From contig CAVWEZ010000007.1 of NCBI GenBank assembly GCA_963754105.1, positions 315,383 to 379,382 on the forward strand: a stretch of DNA of 64,000 nucleotides. Reading direction: 5' to 3'. Of this stretch, positions 1 through 10,384 are shown piece by piece. Source of the stretch: an uncultured Acidobacteriota bacterium (lineage in GTDB: Bacteria; Acidobacteriota; Terriglobia; Acidiferrales; UBA7541). Made by a program: the position numbers and the translations under genes. The notes below the pieces were generated by a model, which made no database searches, was not told where the DNA came from, and saw nothing but the letters and a program-made list of their open reading frames with translations. How positions within the stretch are numbered: position 1 is the first letter of the stretch; every line of letters begins with the position of its first letter.

Positions 1-510
1 GGTGTTCCGGTGCTGCCGGTGAATACTTTTTTGCGCTATTCGCGTCTGCTGCCGTATTCGAGCCTGGCGAAAACGGAACGCGATGCGGTGCGCGTCCCGC
101 TGCCGCAGCTTTATGCGGATATGTTCGGGTGGAAAAACATGGCGGACACCGTGGCTCAGGTGTACGACAGCCTACCGGCGTCAGATCGCGCGAACTGCGC
201 AATTTTGGGCGGCAATTATGGCGAGACGGGCGCGATCGATTATTACGGGCCGGCGCTTGGTCTGCCGAAGGCGATCGGCGGACACAATAGTTACTTTTAC
301 TGGGGGCCTCGCGGTTACTCGGGTGCGTGCGTGATCATTTTTGGCGAACAGTCAGGCGAGTTTATTAAATTGTTCGGTGAGGTTCGGCAGGCGGCGACGA
401 TCGTGAGTCCGCACGCGATGCCGAATGAGCAATCGGTGCCGGTGTACGTGTGCCGGAAGCCGCGCGCGCCGCTGGGGGTTCTGTGGCCGCGGTTCAAGAT
501 GATCATCTGA
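1..510 (+). CDS. Glycosyltransferase family 39 (ArnT/PMT-like) protein, C-terminal fragment; the 5' end lies outside the window
   Basis: The frame is open from base 1. The translation (LYADMFGWKNMADTVAQVYDSLP...ILGGNYGETGAIDYYGPALGLPKAIGGHNSYFYWGP) resembles the conserved C-terminal region of bacterial GT39 membrane glycosyltransferases as I remember it. Confidence 0.6.
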   Translation, partial: GVPVLPVNTFLRYSRLLPYSSLAKTERDAVRVPLPQLYADMFGWKNMADTVAQVYDSLPASDRANCAILGGNYGETGAIDYYGPALGLPKAIGGHNSYFYWGPRGYSGACVIIFGEQSGEFIKLFGEVRQAATIVSPHAMPNEQSVPVYVCRKPRAPLGVLWPRFKMII

Positions 511-530
511 GGAGTACGCTCCCGGGGGAA

Positions 531-594
531 TGGTTGCAGCACGCCCGGGCAAGCCCGGGCGGCAAACAGCGGGAGCAAGCTCCCGCACTCCACA
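531..594 (-). repeat. Intergenic repeat family B, copy 1 (reverse orientation)
   Basis: The reverse complement reads tgtggagtgcgggagcttgctcccgc...gcccgggcttgcccgggcgtgct. This is the same element as 49678-49780 and 53051-53102. It contains the perfect palindrome gcgggagc-tt-gctcccgc. Confidence 0.75.
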
Positions 595-802
595 AGATGC
601 GAGGCGGATGGGTTCCGTGGGCGCAGTACGAGGATACAGAGAGAATCTTTACACAAGGGGCCGAAATCGCGCAAGTAGTTGTTGGTGTAAAGAAAAATCG
701 TCCACGGTGAATCGTGGAGAAGCGCCAAATTTGGGTTAAAAGCGGGTGGCTGGCACGCGGGACGGAGAACCTCTCCTGGAGTGAACTTTTCCTCGGCGGT
801 CG

Positions 803-887
803 CATCGAAGAGAGTCCTTCGACTGCGTTTCGCGCCCGCAAAAACCGCGGGAAAAGAAGAACCGCGCGAAACTTCGCTCAGGATGAC
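803..887 (-). repeat. Degenerate family-A-like intergenic element
   Basis: The reverse complement starts gtcatcctgagcgaag, has a gcgggcgcgaaacgc core and ends ctctcttcgatg. Head, core and tail are shared with the copies at 13255, 16664, 49939 and 12614. Confidence 0.4.
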
Positions 888-1110
888 GGCGCACGCTGGC
901 GGGTGAGATTGGTCAGGTGAGGGGGGCGCGGCGGGGAAGGAGGACGTCTCGCTCGAGCTTCGGCTCGTCAATTCCGGTGGCGGACAGCCTGCGACTGATT
1001 TCGGAGCCGGCGTTTCGCAGGATGCAAAGAAGAACGCATTCCGTGGTCAGGATGGGGGTCGAAGTAGCGCCGGATCCTTCGTGGAACGGGCGTGATCCGT
1101 TCCGCCTGTT

Positions 1111-1557
1111 TCAGGACGGACAGCATATCCGCGGAAGGCCACGGAGAATTGTCGCCAGCCTTGCCATTTTTCGATCTTCGCAGCTTTTGCCAAACCCGTT
1201 TGGCGCTATCGTCGCGACTGGTTTGATACGACTCGATCCAGGAGTGCCACCTCTGAGGGCTGATGCGGCAGATTCTTTGAGAAGCGTCTCAACTTCCTCC
1301 TGCTTGCTGTTGGCCCAATAGCGGGAGAGGCGGTCCCAATTGGAAATGTACATTCCGGCCAGCAGATCGGTGGTTTCAATGGAGTCCGAGGAGCGGCTTT
1401 TGGCCATCATCGCGGCGAGAACCTCGGCGCGATAGAGATCGAGCGTCACCCGATGCGATGAGGAGAGTTGGCCCTCTTTTTGCCTGGCAGCGCGTGCGCG
1501 GCCAGCGTCCGCAGCGGCTTTGCGGCCGAAGATTTTCACGATGAAAGAAGCCCTCAA
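1111..1557 (-). CDS. Hypothetical protein
   Basis: A 148-aa ORF with no recognised domain. Coding status rests only on ORF length and the absence of a better gene on the other strand. Confidence 0.3.
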   Translation of the reverse strand: MRASFIVKIFGRKAAADAGRARAARQKEGQLSSSHRVTLDLYRAEVLAAMMAKSRSSDSIETTDLLAGMYISNWDRLSRYWANSKQEEVETLLKESAASALRGGTPGSSRIKPVATIAPNGFGKSCEDRKMARLATILRGLPRICCPS

Positions 1558-1669
1558 AGGCAGTCTATCAGCGCAGGCGAGGCTATCGGGGCTTCTCTCC
1601 TATCGGGTTGGCGATTCGATTAATCGTGCTCGATGACGCTCGGGGCGCGAGGGAGGAGGAGCGCAGCAT

Positions 1670-1699
1670 GGGCCGCCACCCCACCTACCGTGGCGGCCC
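1670..1699 (-). terminator. GC-rich hairpin just downstream of glnA (no U tract)
   Basis: gggccgccac-N10-gtggcggccc forms a perfect 10-bp stem about 60 nt after the glnA stop. No T run follows, so terminator function is uncertain. Confidence 0.3.
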
Positions 1700-1758
1700 A
1701 CTGCGTACTCATCCAAGTTGATGTCCGCGAACTCCGCGCGGGCTGATGCGGGCGGATC

Positions 1759-3175
1759 CTAGATGTCGTAATACAAGTGGAACTCATACGGGTGCGGACG
1801 CATCCGCATGGGATTCACTTCCTTCGACATCTTGTAATCAATCCAAAGATCGATGAAGTCCTTGGTGAACACGCCGCCCTTAGTCAGGAAAGCATGATCT
1901 TTCTCGAGGGACTTGAGCGATTCCTCGAGCGATCCAGGGACAGAGGGGACGTGCGAGAGTTCTTCCTTGGAAAGATCGAAGATGTCTTTGTCGAGCGGGC
2001 CTCCCGGATCGATTTTGTTCTCGATGCCGTCGAGTCCGGCCATGAGCATTGCGGAATAGGCGAGATAGGGATTGCATGACGGATCCGGCGGGCGGAACTC
2101 AAGCCGCTTGGCCTTCGGATTCGTTGAGTACATCGGTATGCGGACGGCGGCGGAGCGATTGCGTCGCGAGTAGGCGAGGTTCACAGGCGCCTCAAAACCG
2201 GGGACCAGCCGCTTGTAAGAATTGGTAGAGGGCGCGGCAAACGCCACGATTGCGGGAGCGTGCTTGAGCAGACCGCCGATGTAAAACATGGCGAGTTGGC
2301 TCAATCCCGCGTAACCGTCTCCGGCGAAGAGCGGTTTGCCCTTGTTCCATAGCGATTGGTGGGTGTGCATGCCCGAGCCGTTATCGGAAAAGACTGGCTT
2401 GGGCATGAAGGTGACGGTTTTGCCGTGCTTGTAGCCGGTGTTGCGGAGGACATATTTGTACTTGCACATGTTGTCCGCGGCGCGAATCAGCGTGTCGAAT
2501 TTAAAGTCAATTTCACATTGGCCGGCGGTGGCCACTTCGTGGTGGTGACACTCAACCTCGATGCCAACATCCTGCAGCTTCAAAACCATCTCGCTGCGCA
2601 TATCCTGAAAGCGATCGGTGGGAGGGACGGGGAAATAGCCTTCCTTGTAGCGCGGGCGAAAGCCCAGGTTTGGCTGATCGGGATTCGCGGCCGGAATTCC
2701 AGCGGCCTTCATCCGAGTCCACGTAGTAGTAGGCTTGGTTCTCGCGGGAGTCGAAGCGAACGTTATCGAAAATAAAGAACTCGGCCTCGGCGCCGAAGAA
2801 GGCCTGGTCGGCAATTCCCGTCTTCTGAAGATATTCCTCGGCGCGATGAGCGAGGTTTCGCACGTCGCGATCGTAAGGCTTGCGCGAGAGAGGATCTTGC
2901 GCGTCGCAGATCATCACCAGCGTGGGCGTTTCGAGGAATGGATCCATGAAGGCGGTGTTGGGGTCGGGAATCAGCAGCATGTCCGATTCGTGAATCTGCG
3001 CCCATCCGCGGATCGAGCTGGCGTCCATCCCGAATCCTTCGTGGAAGGAATCCGCGGTCAATTCCTTGATGGGGTAGCTGACGTGTTGCCATACGCCGGG
3101 CACATCGATAAAACGAAGGTCGAGAATCTTAGCCCCGTTTTTCGACGCGAATTCAAGAACGCCTTTCGGGTCCAT
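1759..3175 (-). pseudogene. glnA: Glutamine synthetase type I; frame interrupted once near 2690-2700 (probable indel error)
   Basis: ORF 2552-3175 gives the GS N-terminus (MDPKGVLEFASKNGAKILDLRFIDVPGVWQH...[16 protein letters not shown]). ORF 1759-2814 continues in another frame ([22 protein letters not shown]...[12 protein letters not shown]...[29 protein letters not shown]...). Together they make about 470 aa. Confidence 0.9.
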
Positions 3176-3221
3176 CCGTCCTCCAGTCAGTAGATTGCAG
3201 GGAATAGAATTTAAGTGGCAG

Positions 3222-3251
3222 ACGTTACCGCAGCCGTTCGTTCGGCGTCAA
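3222..3251 (-). promoter_or_regulatory. Possible sigma70-type promoter for glnA (TTGACG-N18-TAACGT on the minus strand)
   Basis: The minus strand reads cttgacgccgaacgaacggctgcggtaacgt about 47 nt upstream of the glnA start. The same TTGAC-/TAACGT pairing is seen upstream of the ilv leader. Confidence 0.25.
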
Positions 3252-3521
3252 GCGGAGCCTTGGACGCCCCTGAGTTGTTTTTTTCATCGGATGGATAAGT
3301 TTTCTTTATGGGCTGCAATTGAGCTTCCTGACGATTTATTTACGTTTTCTTTATAACTCTCCTGCATTTCCGGCGGTTTGACGGGGGGGCTCAAATCCAC
3401 GCGATCAGTTCTTTCGATTGGACGTCGTGCCGATCCGCGATATCGTATTGTTGCAATCCGGACCTCCGTCCTAGTTGCGCCAGCTTTATAAATTAATTTA
3501 CTTCAAGGATGAAGGAGATTC

Positions 3522-4952
3522 ATGTCTAACGAACTTCGCGACTTTCTGGAAATTCCATATAGCGAACTGGAAGAACTGAATTTGAAGGCCAAGGAGCAGC
3601 GGCAAGGCCGCGTTCCAATGGAGGAACTGCAGGAGGAAAGAGTCAAGTATCTGACGGACGAGAAGCGAATCAAGGCTGTGACGGTGCTCTTCAGCGATCT
3701 GGAAGGCCGCCTCCACATGCTGGATTACGACAAGAAATTTCTGGTGAAGAGCTGGGACAACCTCACGTTCGACGGCTCGTCGATTCGAGGCTTCACGGCG
3801 CAGCGCGAGAGCGATTTGCGGCTGGGAATCGATTGGAGCGCTTTCTATTGGGCTCCGGCGGATTTTTTCGGCTCCGGCAAGGTGATGGTGTTCGGCGAGG
3901 TGATCGACAAGCAGGGCGGCCCTTACGCAGCCGACATGCGCGCCATGCTGAAAAGCTTTTCGGACGGCATGTACAAGAAAGATGGATACACGCTGAATGC
4001 CGCCAACGAAATCGAGGGATTTCTTTTTGCGGGCACGGACGCGGAGAAGCGCTATTACGAAACCGGCAAATTCGAATACGTGAACACCGGAGGTTACTAC
4101 CATTCGCTTCCCGGCGATCCACTCCGAACGTTCATCGACACAGTCGCGGAAGTGCAGCGCGCCATGGGTTTCCAAAACGAGAAGGATCACCCGGAGGTGG
4201 CGCCGTCGCAATTCGAAATCAATTACGGCTACGGGGAAGTGGTGGCCGCAGCGGACCAAATCCAACTTTACAAACTGATCTGCCGCCAGGTAGCGACCAA
4301 ATCCGGCATGACGGCGTCGTTTTTGCCGAAGCCGGTAGTGGGAGTTAACGGCAGCGGAATGCACACGAACGTTTCCATCAGCAAGAACGGGACGAATCTT
4401 TTCTGGGATCCGAAAGGGCAGGAAAAGCTTTCGAGCTGCGGATGGGAGTTCATCGACCGCATCCTGACACACGGGAACGACATCTGCCTGGCGCTGAATC
4501 CCAGCGTGAATGCGTACCGCCGCCTCGACCCGCATTTCGAAGCGCCGAATCAGATCAAAGCGTCGGCCGTGGACCGCGGCTCGATGATTCGCGTGCCGAT
4601 CGGCAACTCGAAGAGCATGCGGGTGGAGGTTCGCTCAGTCGCTCCGGATGCGAACCCGTACCTGGTGATGCTCAGCGTATTCAAGACCGGGATTGAAGGC
4701 GATACCGCTGACTTGGAAAATCTGCGGCAGGCCGAGCGCTATCTGCCGGACAACATCTACACGGCGATCGATGATTTCCGGGCAGCCGAGTGGACGACAA
4801 AGCTGCTTGGGGAGGATGTGAAGGGCCGTTATGCCGACCTGAAGCAGGCCTCCGCGGACCGTTGCGCTCGCTTGCTGGGCACGGTGGTGAAAGGACCGGA
4901 GGTGCAGTTCCACCACGAGGTCTACAACCAATATTTGTGGAACCAATTTTAG
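3522..4952 (+). CDS. Glutamine synthetase family protein (second GS-like paralog)
   Basis: An intact 476-aa ORF with GGAG upstream of the ATG. GS catalytic-domain motifs are present (HPEVAPSQFEINY, VNGSGMHTNVS, NAYRRLDPHFEAPNQIKASAVDRGSMIRVP). Confidence 0.85.
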   Translation: MSNELRDFLEIPYSELEELNLKAKEQRQGRVPMEELQEERVKYLTDEKRIKAVTVLFSDLEGRLHMLDYDKKFLVKSWDNLTFDGSSIRGFTAQRESDLRLGIDWSAFYWAPADFFGSGKVMVFGEVIDKQGGPYAADMRAMLKSFSDGMYKKDGYTLNAANEIEGFLFAGTDAEKRYYETGKFEYVNTGGYYHSLPGDPLRTFIDTVAEVQRAMGFQNEKDHPEVAPSQFEINYGYGEVVAAADQIQLYKLICRQVATKSGMTASFLPKPVVGVNGSGMHTNVSISKNGTNLFWDPKGQEKLSSCGWEFIDRILTHGNDICLALNPSVNAYRRLDPHFEAPNQIKASAVDRGSMIRVPIGNSKSMRVEVRSVAPDANPYLVMLSVFKTGIEGDTADLENLRQAERYLPDNIYTAIDDFRAAEWTTKLLGEDVKGRYADLKQASADRCARLLGTVVKGPEVQFHHEVYNQYLWNQF

Positions 4953-4978
4953 TCTGGCGCTGAAACGGCGAGATGGGG

Positions 4979-5020
4979 AACGTCCCCGGGCAGAACGACG
5001 CGCCGGGGCGTTTCGGTTTT
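4979..5020 (+). terminator. Candidate intrinsic terminator after the GS-like gene
   Basis: aacgtccccgg...ccggggcgtt forms a stem with one bulge and is followed by tcggtttt. It sits between convergent genes. Confidence 0.45.
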
Positions 5021-5047
5021 CGTGCCGAGGGGCGCAACCCCGTTCGT

Positions 5048-5765
5048 TTACATGGACCGGACCGGCAACTTCACTACATCGTCGGCGCGCATTACTTCCT
5101 TCACCACGAATCCCTCCGCATACTTCACGCCGATCATTCGGCCGTAGTGCCGGGCGGCGTCACTCATCCACGCCTCGAGCTCGTCCAATGGGAGTGAAAC
5201 TTTAGAACGGCCTTCGCGCTTTGGCGGACGAAACTGCGATGCATAGGCGAGAATCGCTTGGCGGCGGCGATCGTATTGCGCGGTGATATCGACGGCGAAA
5301 GTCGGACGGACGTCCGCATACGCGGCTGCGTAAATGATCTTGAACGGGCGGAACGCTTCGCCGGCGAGCACATAATTCTTCAGGCCGGCGACGAAGCAAG
5401 CCTCCCATCCCAGAGTCGCCGCTGTGTAGTGATCAGGGTGGCGTCCTTGCCAGTAGGGAAGTATCACCGTGTGAGGTTCGAGTTCGCGAATCACGGCGGC
5501 GATGGCTTCCTTTTGCTCGTCACACACTTGCAGATGAGCGTCCGGCAATCCTAGATTCCGGCGCACGCCGGGCGCCCAGGATTTTTCCCGCGCGCTCCGC
5601 TTCCTTGAGCCTCGTTTCCGGAGTCCCGCGCGTGCCCGTCTCCCCACGCGTAAGATCGAGGATCCCCGTGCGGTAGCCCGCCTGGGCCATCTTGAGCATG
5701 GTGCCGCCGCAGGTGAGTTCCACATCGTCCGGATGCGGCGCAATTGCCAGCAAATCGAGTTTCAT
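5048..5765 (-). pseudogene. PIG-L/LmbE family deacetylase (BshB1-like); frame interrupted near 5570-5580
   Basis: The N-terminal ORF reads [42 protein letters not shown]. The second frame continues [11 protein letters not shown]...HPDHYTAATL...RRRQAILAYASQF. Confidence 0.8.
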
Positions 5766-5881
5766 TATCCTCTCCTACGCGCCGCACGATTTTACATGAA
5801 ACCGACGCGAGAAAAGTTGGCGGGAGACTCCTTCGGAAGCTTGATAGTGTTAATGTGTCCGTTGAATTCAGGAGCTAAGCA

Positions 5882-6613
5882 ATGGCGGGGAAACCCCTGG
5901 AGGGTCAGGTTGCGCTGGTTACCGGGGCGGCGAAGCGCATCGGACGGAGCATTGCGCTGCGTCTGGCCGCAGACGGCGCCGCGATCGTGGTGAATTACAA
6001 AACGTCGCGCGGCGAGGCCGAATCGCTGGTTCGCGAAATTCATGATGCTGGAGCGAAGGCCGCGGCGATTCAGGCGGATGTTGCCAAGCGCCCGGAAGTG
6101 GAGAAAATGTTTGCCGCGGTAGAGCGCGAATTCGGACGGCTCGATATTCTTGTCAACAATGCCGGCATGTTTTTCCCTGCGAAATTCGAAAGCCTCACGG
6201 ACGAGCAGTGGGATCGCATCATGGATACGAACCTGAAGTCGCAGTTCCTCTGCGCGCAGTCGGCCGCGCCGATGATGAAGCGCCTGGGCCGCGGGAGGAT
6301 TATCAATCTTTCGTCGCTCGGCGGTTTGCTCGCGTGGCCGGCGTACACGCACTACTGCGTGTCGAAAGCGGGATCGATCATGCTGACGCGGTGCCTGGCG
6401 CGGGCGCTCGCGCCGGAAATTCTGGTGAACAGCGTGGCGCCAGGGACCATCCAGTTTCCTGGCGAGCCGCCGGACGAAGAATATATTCATCGCGTTCCGT
6501 TGCATCGCACTGGCACGGGAGGTGATATTGCCGGCGCCGTCGCGTATCTTGCGACCGCCGACTTCGTTACCGGACAAGTAATCGTCGTCGACGGTGGCAG
6601 AGCGCTAGTGTAA
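5882..6613 (+). CDS. SDR family oxidoreductase
   Basis: An intact 243-aa ORF with the TGAAKRIG Rossmann motif, NNAG, and the YxxxK motif (YCVSK). Confidence 0.85.
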   Translation: MAGKPLEGQVALVTGAAKRIGRSIALRLAADGAAIVVNYKTSRGEAESLVREIHDAGAKAAAIQADVAKRPEVEKMFAAVEREFGRLDILVNNAGMFFPAKFESLTDEQWDRIMDTNLKSQFLCAQSAAPMMKRLGRGRIINLSSLGGLLAWPAYTHYCVSKAGSIMLTRCLARALAPEILVNSVAPGTIQFPGEPPDEEYIHRVPLHRTGTGGDIAGAVAYLATADFVTGQVIVVDGGRALV

Positions 6614-6636
6614 GAGCGTCAAGCCACAAGGGAATT

Positions 6637-6990
6637 ATGCCAACTCTGATCGAGAAACCAACTGAGGTCGTAGCGGCGGGGACGAAGCCGAAGCTCATCG
6701 AAGAATTTGTGGGGCGGGTCAACTCGAAGACTGCGGGCGTGAGCGTCGCGCGCATGCGAAGTCCCGCAGGATGGTCGGAGCCGGGGCAAACGCCAGAATT
6801 CGACGAATATAGCGTCGTGCTGAGCGGAACGCTTCACGTCGCCCACGCGGCGGGTGACCTAGACGTTCGCGCTGGTCAAGCTGTGATCGCGCACGGCGGA
6901 GAGTGGGTGCAGTACTCGACGCCCGAGGGTGCGGAATATATCTCGGTATGTCTGCCGGCGTTTTCTCCGGCTACTGTGCATCGCGACTGA
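6637..6990 (+). CDS. Cupin domain protein
   Basis: An intact 117-aa ORF 23 nt after the SDR gene. It has a cupin-like pattern (EFDEYSVVLSGTLHV...AGQAVIAHGGEWVQYS). Confidence 0.55.
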   Translation: MPTLIEKPTEVVAAGTKPKLIEEFVGRVNSKTAGVSVARMRSPAGWSEPGQTPEFDEYSVVLSGTLHVAHAAGDLDVRAGQAVIAHGGEWVQYSTPEGAEYISVCLPAFSPATVHRD

Positions 6991-7090
6991 ACGCACTTTT
7001 TCATCGAGTGTGCCTCGCAGCCGCGCAGAATCCTGTTTCCAAAAGCAACGTTCTCGAATATTCTAGTTTGTTAGGGGGTGCGCAAATAGG

Positions 7091-7852
7091 GTGGCGGAAT
7101 CTTCAACCGTAGAGGGTTTGACTCGTTTCGGGAACACGCAGCGGCGCGACGCATGGTGGATTGAGAACCTGCCGTTCATCATCGTCCTCGGCGCTTTCAC
7201 CATTTACACCACTTGGCGGGCCGTCTTTGAGGGTAACTTTTATTGGACCGACCCGTATCTTTCGCCTTTTTTTTCACCGCTGATTGACGCGCAACACCGC
7301 TGGTGGCCCTTTTCGCCCGCGATTTTAGTTCTCTGGGGGCCCCTCGGCTTCCGCACGACCTGCTACTACTACCGGAAAGCATACTATCGCGGTTTTTTCC
7401 TCGATCCTCCGGCATGCGCAGTAGCAGAGGGTAGCCATCGCAAATACCGCGGCGAGGCGGCTTTTCCGTTCGTCCTCCAGAACGTGCATCGCTATTTTTT
7501 CTACGTCGCCGTGATCTTTGTCGGCTTTCTTTGGTATGACGCGATTCGCGCCTTCTTCTTCCCCAGCGGTTTCGGCATCGGGGTCGGCACCTTAGTCATG
7601 CTTGTCAATATCATCCTGCTGACGATTTACACTTTCTCGTGCCATTCGCTGCGCCATCTGGTCGGTGGCAAGCTCGATTGCTTCTCCTGCGCGACGCTTG
7701 GGACGCCGCGCGAATCGGTTTGGCGCGGCGTCACGAAACTGAACGAGCACCACATGTTCTGGGCCTGGGTGAGCATGATTTCCGTTGGCCTCACCGACCT
7801 CTATATCCGCTTGGTGGCCTCCGGCGCGTTGAAGGACATTCGAATCCTGTGA
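7091..7852 (+). CDS. sdhC: Succinate dehydrogenase/fumarate reductase membrane (cytochrome b-type) subunit
   Basis: A 253-aa polytopic membrane ORF with a GTG start. Its stop overlaps the sdhA start (GTGA at 7849-7852). Gene order is C-A-B. Confidence 0.7.
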   Translation: MAESSTVEGLTRFGNTQRRDAWWIENLPFIIVLGAFTIYTTWRAVFEGNFYWTDPYLSPFFSPLIDAQHRWWPFSPAILVLWGPLGFRTTCYYYRKAYYRGFFLDPPACAVAEGSHRKYRGEAAFPFVLQNVHRYFFYVAVIFVGFLWYDAIRAFFFPSGFGIGVGTLVMLVNIILLTIYTFSCHSLRHLVGGKLDCFSCATLGTPRESVWRGVTKLNEHHMFWAWVSMISVGLTDLYIRLVASGALKDIRIL

Positions 7853-9567
7853 CCTCCAAGTACGAAACCCACGAACACGACGTCCTCATCATTGGGGCGG
7901 GCGGAGCGGGACTCAGAGCTGCAATCGAGGCTCTCGCGCAGGGCTCGCGAGTGGCGGTGGTCTGCAAATCACTGCTTGGCAAGGCGCACACCGTAATGGC
8001 TGAAGGCGGCCTCGCCGCAGCAATGGCCAACGTCGATAAAGCCGACGATTGGCGCATGCATTTCCGCGACACGATGCGCGGCGGAAAATTGCTCAACAAT
8101 TGGCGCATGGCTCAGCTCCACGCTCAGGAAGCTCCCGACCGTGTTCGCGAACTCGAGCAGTGGGGCGCACTTTTCGACCGCACCGAAAAAGGCGAAATTT
8201 TGCAGCGCGCCTTTGGCGGGCACACTTTCAAGCGCCTTTGCCACGTCGGCGACCGCACCGGCCTCGAAATGATTCGCACCTTGCAGGACCGCGGCGTGGA
8301 GATGGGCTTCGATGTTTTCATGGAATGCACGATCACGCGGCTGCTCAAGGATGGCGACCGCGTCGCCGGCGCTTTCGGATACTGGCGCGATAGCGGCAGC
8401 TTCGTCACGTTCAAGGCCAAGTCCGTGGTGATCGCCACTGGCGGCATCGGAAAATCCTGGAAAATTACTTCGAATTCTTGGGAGTGCACCGGCGATGGCA
8501 TGGCCCTCGCCTACGAAGCGGGCGCCGAATTGCTCGACATGGAATTCGTGCAATTTCATCCCACCGGAATGGTCTGGCCGCCGGGAGTGCAAGGACTTCT
8601 GGTTACCGAAGCCGTCCGCGGCGAGGGCGGCATCCTGCGCAACAAGAATGGCGAGCGTTTCATGGAGAAGTACGATCCCAAGCGCATGGAGCTCTCCACG
8701 CGCGACGTCGTGTCGCGCTCGATTTACACGGAAGTCAAAGAAGGACGCGGCACTCCGCACGGCGGCGCGTTCCTCGATATTTCGCACAAGCCCGCCGAAT
8801 ATGTGAAGCGCAAGCTGCCCAGCATGTATCACCAGTTCAAGGAACTTGCGGATGTGGACATCACCAAGGGGCCCATGGAAGTCGGCCCCACCTGCCACTA
8901 CGTGATGGGCGGCATTCGCGTCGAGGCGGAAACTGGCCAATCGTCCGTGCCCGGACTCTTTGCCGCTGGCGAAGCGGCCGGCGGCCTTCACGGCGCGAAT
9001 CGCCTGGGAGGGAATTCTCTCTCGGACCTGCTGGTATTCGGGCGCCGCGCGGGCTTGGCCGCCGCTGAACAGGCGAAGAAAACCGCCGCCCCAGCTCTCG
9101 ATGACGCTCAAATCCGGGAAGCCGAGCGCCAGGCACTGGCTCCCTTTGAGCGCGCCGGCGGGGAAAATCCGTATACCATTCACCATGACCTGCAAGAAAT
9201 CATGCAGAATCTAGTCGGAATTTTCCGCGCAGACGAAGATCTGCGGAAGGCGCTCGTCGAAATCGAAAAGCTAAAAGAGCGGGCCAAGAGGACGCACGTC
9301 GAGGGAACGCGCCTGTTCAATCCCGGCTGGCATCTTTCCATCGACTTGCAATGCATGCTCACCGTTTCCGAGGCTTGCACGCACGCGGCGCTCGCACGCA
9401 AGGAAAGCCGTGGCGCGCATAGCCGCCTCGACTTCCCGAAAACCGAGGACGAATGGGGCAAGAAGAATCATGTAATCGTGAAGAAAGGCGATGCGATGTC
9501 GCTCTTCGAAGTGCCCAAGCCGGATCTGCCCGCTGACTTGCAGCAAATTTTGGCGGAAGATAAGTAG
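7849..9567 (+). CDS. sdhA: Succinate dehydrogenase/fumarate reductase flavoprotein subunit
   Basis: VTSKYETHEHDVLIIGAGGAGLRAA (FAD fold), HTVMAEGG, FVQFHPTG, RGEGG and HYVMGGI are present. The long ORF from 7639 is an upstream in-frame extension, and GTG at 7849 fits the conserved N-terminus. Confidence 0.93.
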   Translation: MTSKYETHEHDVLIIGAGGAGLRAAIEALAQGSRVAVVCKSLLGKAHTVMAEGGLAAAMANVDKADDWRMHFRDTMRGGKLLNNWRMAQLHAQEAPDRVRELEQWGALFDRTEKGEILQRAFGGHTFKRLCHVGDRTGLEMIRTLQDRGVEMGFDVFMECTITRLLKDGDRVAGAFGYWRDSGSFVTFKAKSVVIATGGIGKSWKITSNSWECTGDGMALAYEAGAELLDMEFVQFHPTGMVWPPGVQGLLVTEAVRGEGGILRNKNGERFMEKYDPKRMELSTRDVVSRSIYTEVKEGRGTPHGGAFLDISHKPAEYVKRKLPSMYHQFKELADVDITKGPMEVGPTCHYVMGGIRVEAETGQSSVPGLFAAGEAAGGLHGANRLGGNSLSDLLVFGRRAGLAAAEQAKKTAAPALDDAQIREAERQALAPFERAGGENPYTIHHDLQEIMQNLVGIFRADEDLRKALVEIEKLKERAKRTHVEGTRLFNPGWHLSIDLQCMLTVSEACTHAALARKESRGAHSRLDFPKTEDEWGKKNHVIVKKGDAMSLFEVPKPDLPADLQQILAEDK

Positions 9568-9593
9568 TCGGGCGGTAGCGCGGAGGCTTTTTA

Positions 9594-10328
9594 ATGGCGG
9601 ATGCAACCCTACGAATTTTTCGCGGCGACAAAGAGGGCGGCCAAGCGGTCGATTACAAGGTGCCGCTCACGCCGGGCATGGTCGTGCTTGACGCCGTTCA
9701 TTCCATTCAGGCGCACCAGGCTCCCGATCTTGCGGTGCGTTGGAATTGCAAGGCTGCCAAGTGCGGTTCTTGTTCGGCGGAAGTGAACGGAAAGCCGCGT
9801 CTGATGTGCAAGACGCGCATGGATTCTCTGCCGCTAGACCAGCCCATAATTGTGTATCCGATGAAAGCCTTTCCGATCATTAAAGACCTGGTTACCGACG
9901 TTTCCTGGAACTACAAGGTCAACAAAAAGATTCCGGCATTCAAGCCGAGGGCTGGCGCAACGTGGAAGTTCTATCAGAGCGACGTAGACCGCGTGCAGGA
10001 ATTCCGCAAGTGCATCGAGTGCTTCCTTTGCCAGAACGTTTGCCATGTCTTGCGCGACCACGATAAGAAGGATGTGTTCGGCGGCCCGCGCTTTTTCGTC
10101 CGCACCGCGGGCCTCGAAATGCATCCGATGGACGGCGTGAATCGCATCCCGCTGTTAAAGGAACAGCTCGGCATCGGCTATTGCAATATCACCAAGTGCT
10201 GCACGGAAGTCTGCCCCGAGGAAATCCACATTACTGATAACGCTATCATTCCCCTCAAGGAGCGCGTCGTGGACCAATTCTACGATCCGCTAACCATGAT
10301 TGTCCGCAAAATCTCCGGCGCCAAGTAA
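9594..10328 (+). CDS. sdhB: Succinate dehydrogenase/fumarate reductase iron-sulfur subunit
   Basis: An intact 244-aa ORF with Cys clusters (CKAAKCGSCSAEVNG, CIECFLCQNVC, CTEVCP). Confidence 0.93.
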   Translation: MADATLRIFRGDKEGGQAVDYKVPLTPGMVVLDAVHSIQAHQAPDLAVRWNCKAAKCGSCSAEVNGKPRLMCKTRMDSLPLDQPIIVYPMKAFPIIKDLVTDVSWNYKVNKKIPAFKPRAGATWKFYQSDVDRVQEFRKCIECFLCQNVCHVLRDHDKKDVFGGPRFFVRTAGLEMHPMDGVNRIPLLKEQLGIGYCNITKCCTEVCPEEIHITDNAIIPLKERVVDQFYDPLTMIVRKISGAK

Positions 10329-10384
10329 TCGTTTCCTTCATCATCACGCCGCACCCGCGTTATGATGAGATTGAAGGAGCATCG

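Noticed and set aside
3176-3300. A sigma-54 promoter (tggcagacgttaccgc) or a glutamine riboswitch in the glnA leader.
   Set aside because: The GG/GC spacing does not fit TGGCAC-N5-TTGC, and I could not match the leader to the glutamine-riboswitch core I remember.
7969-9195. A 408-aa minus-strand ORF. Similar long antisense ORFs occur at 3498-4535, 5792-6577, 14648-15403, 37776-38531 and 63143-63895.
   Set aside because: Each is antisense to a gene with clear conserved motifs (sdhA, the GS-like gene, the SDR gene, the PQQ dehydrogenase, the DsrE-like gene, trpS), and none shows any recognisable domain. They are treated as non-coding shadows.
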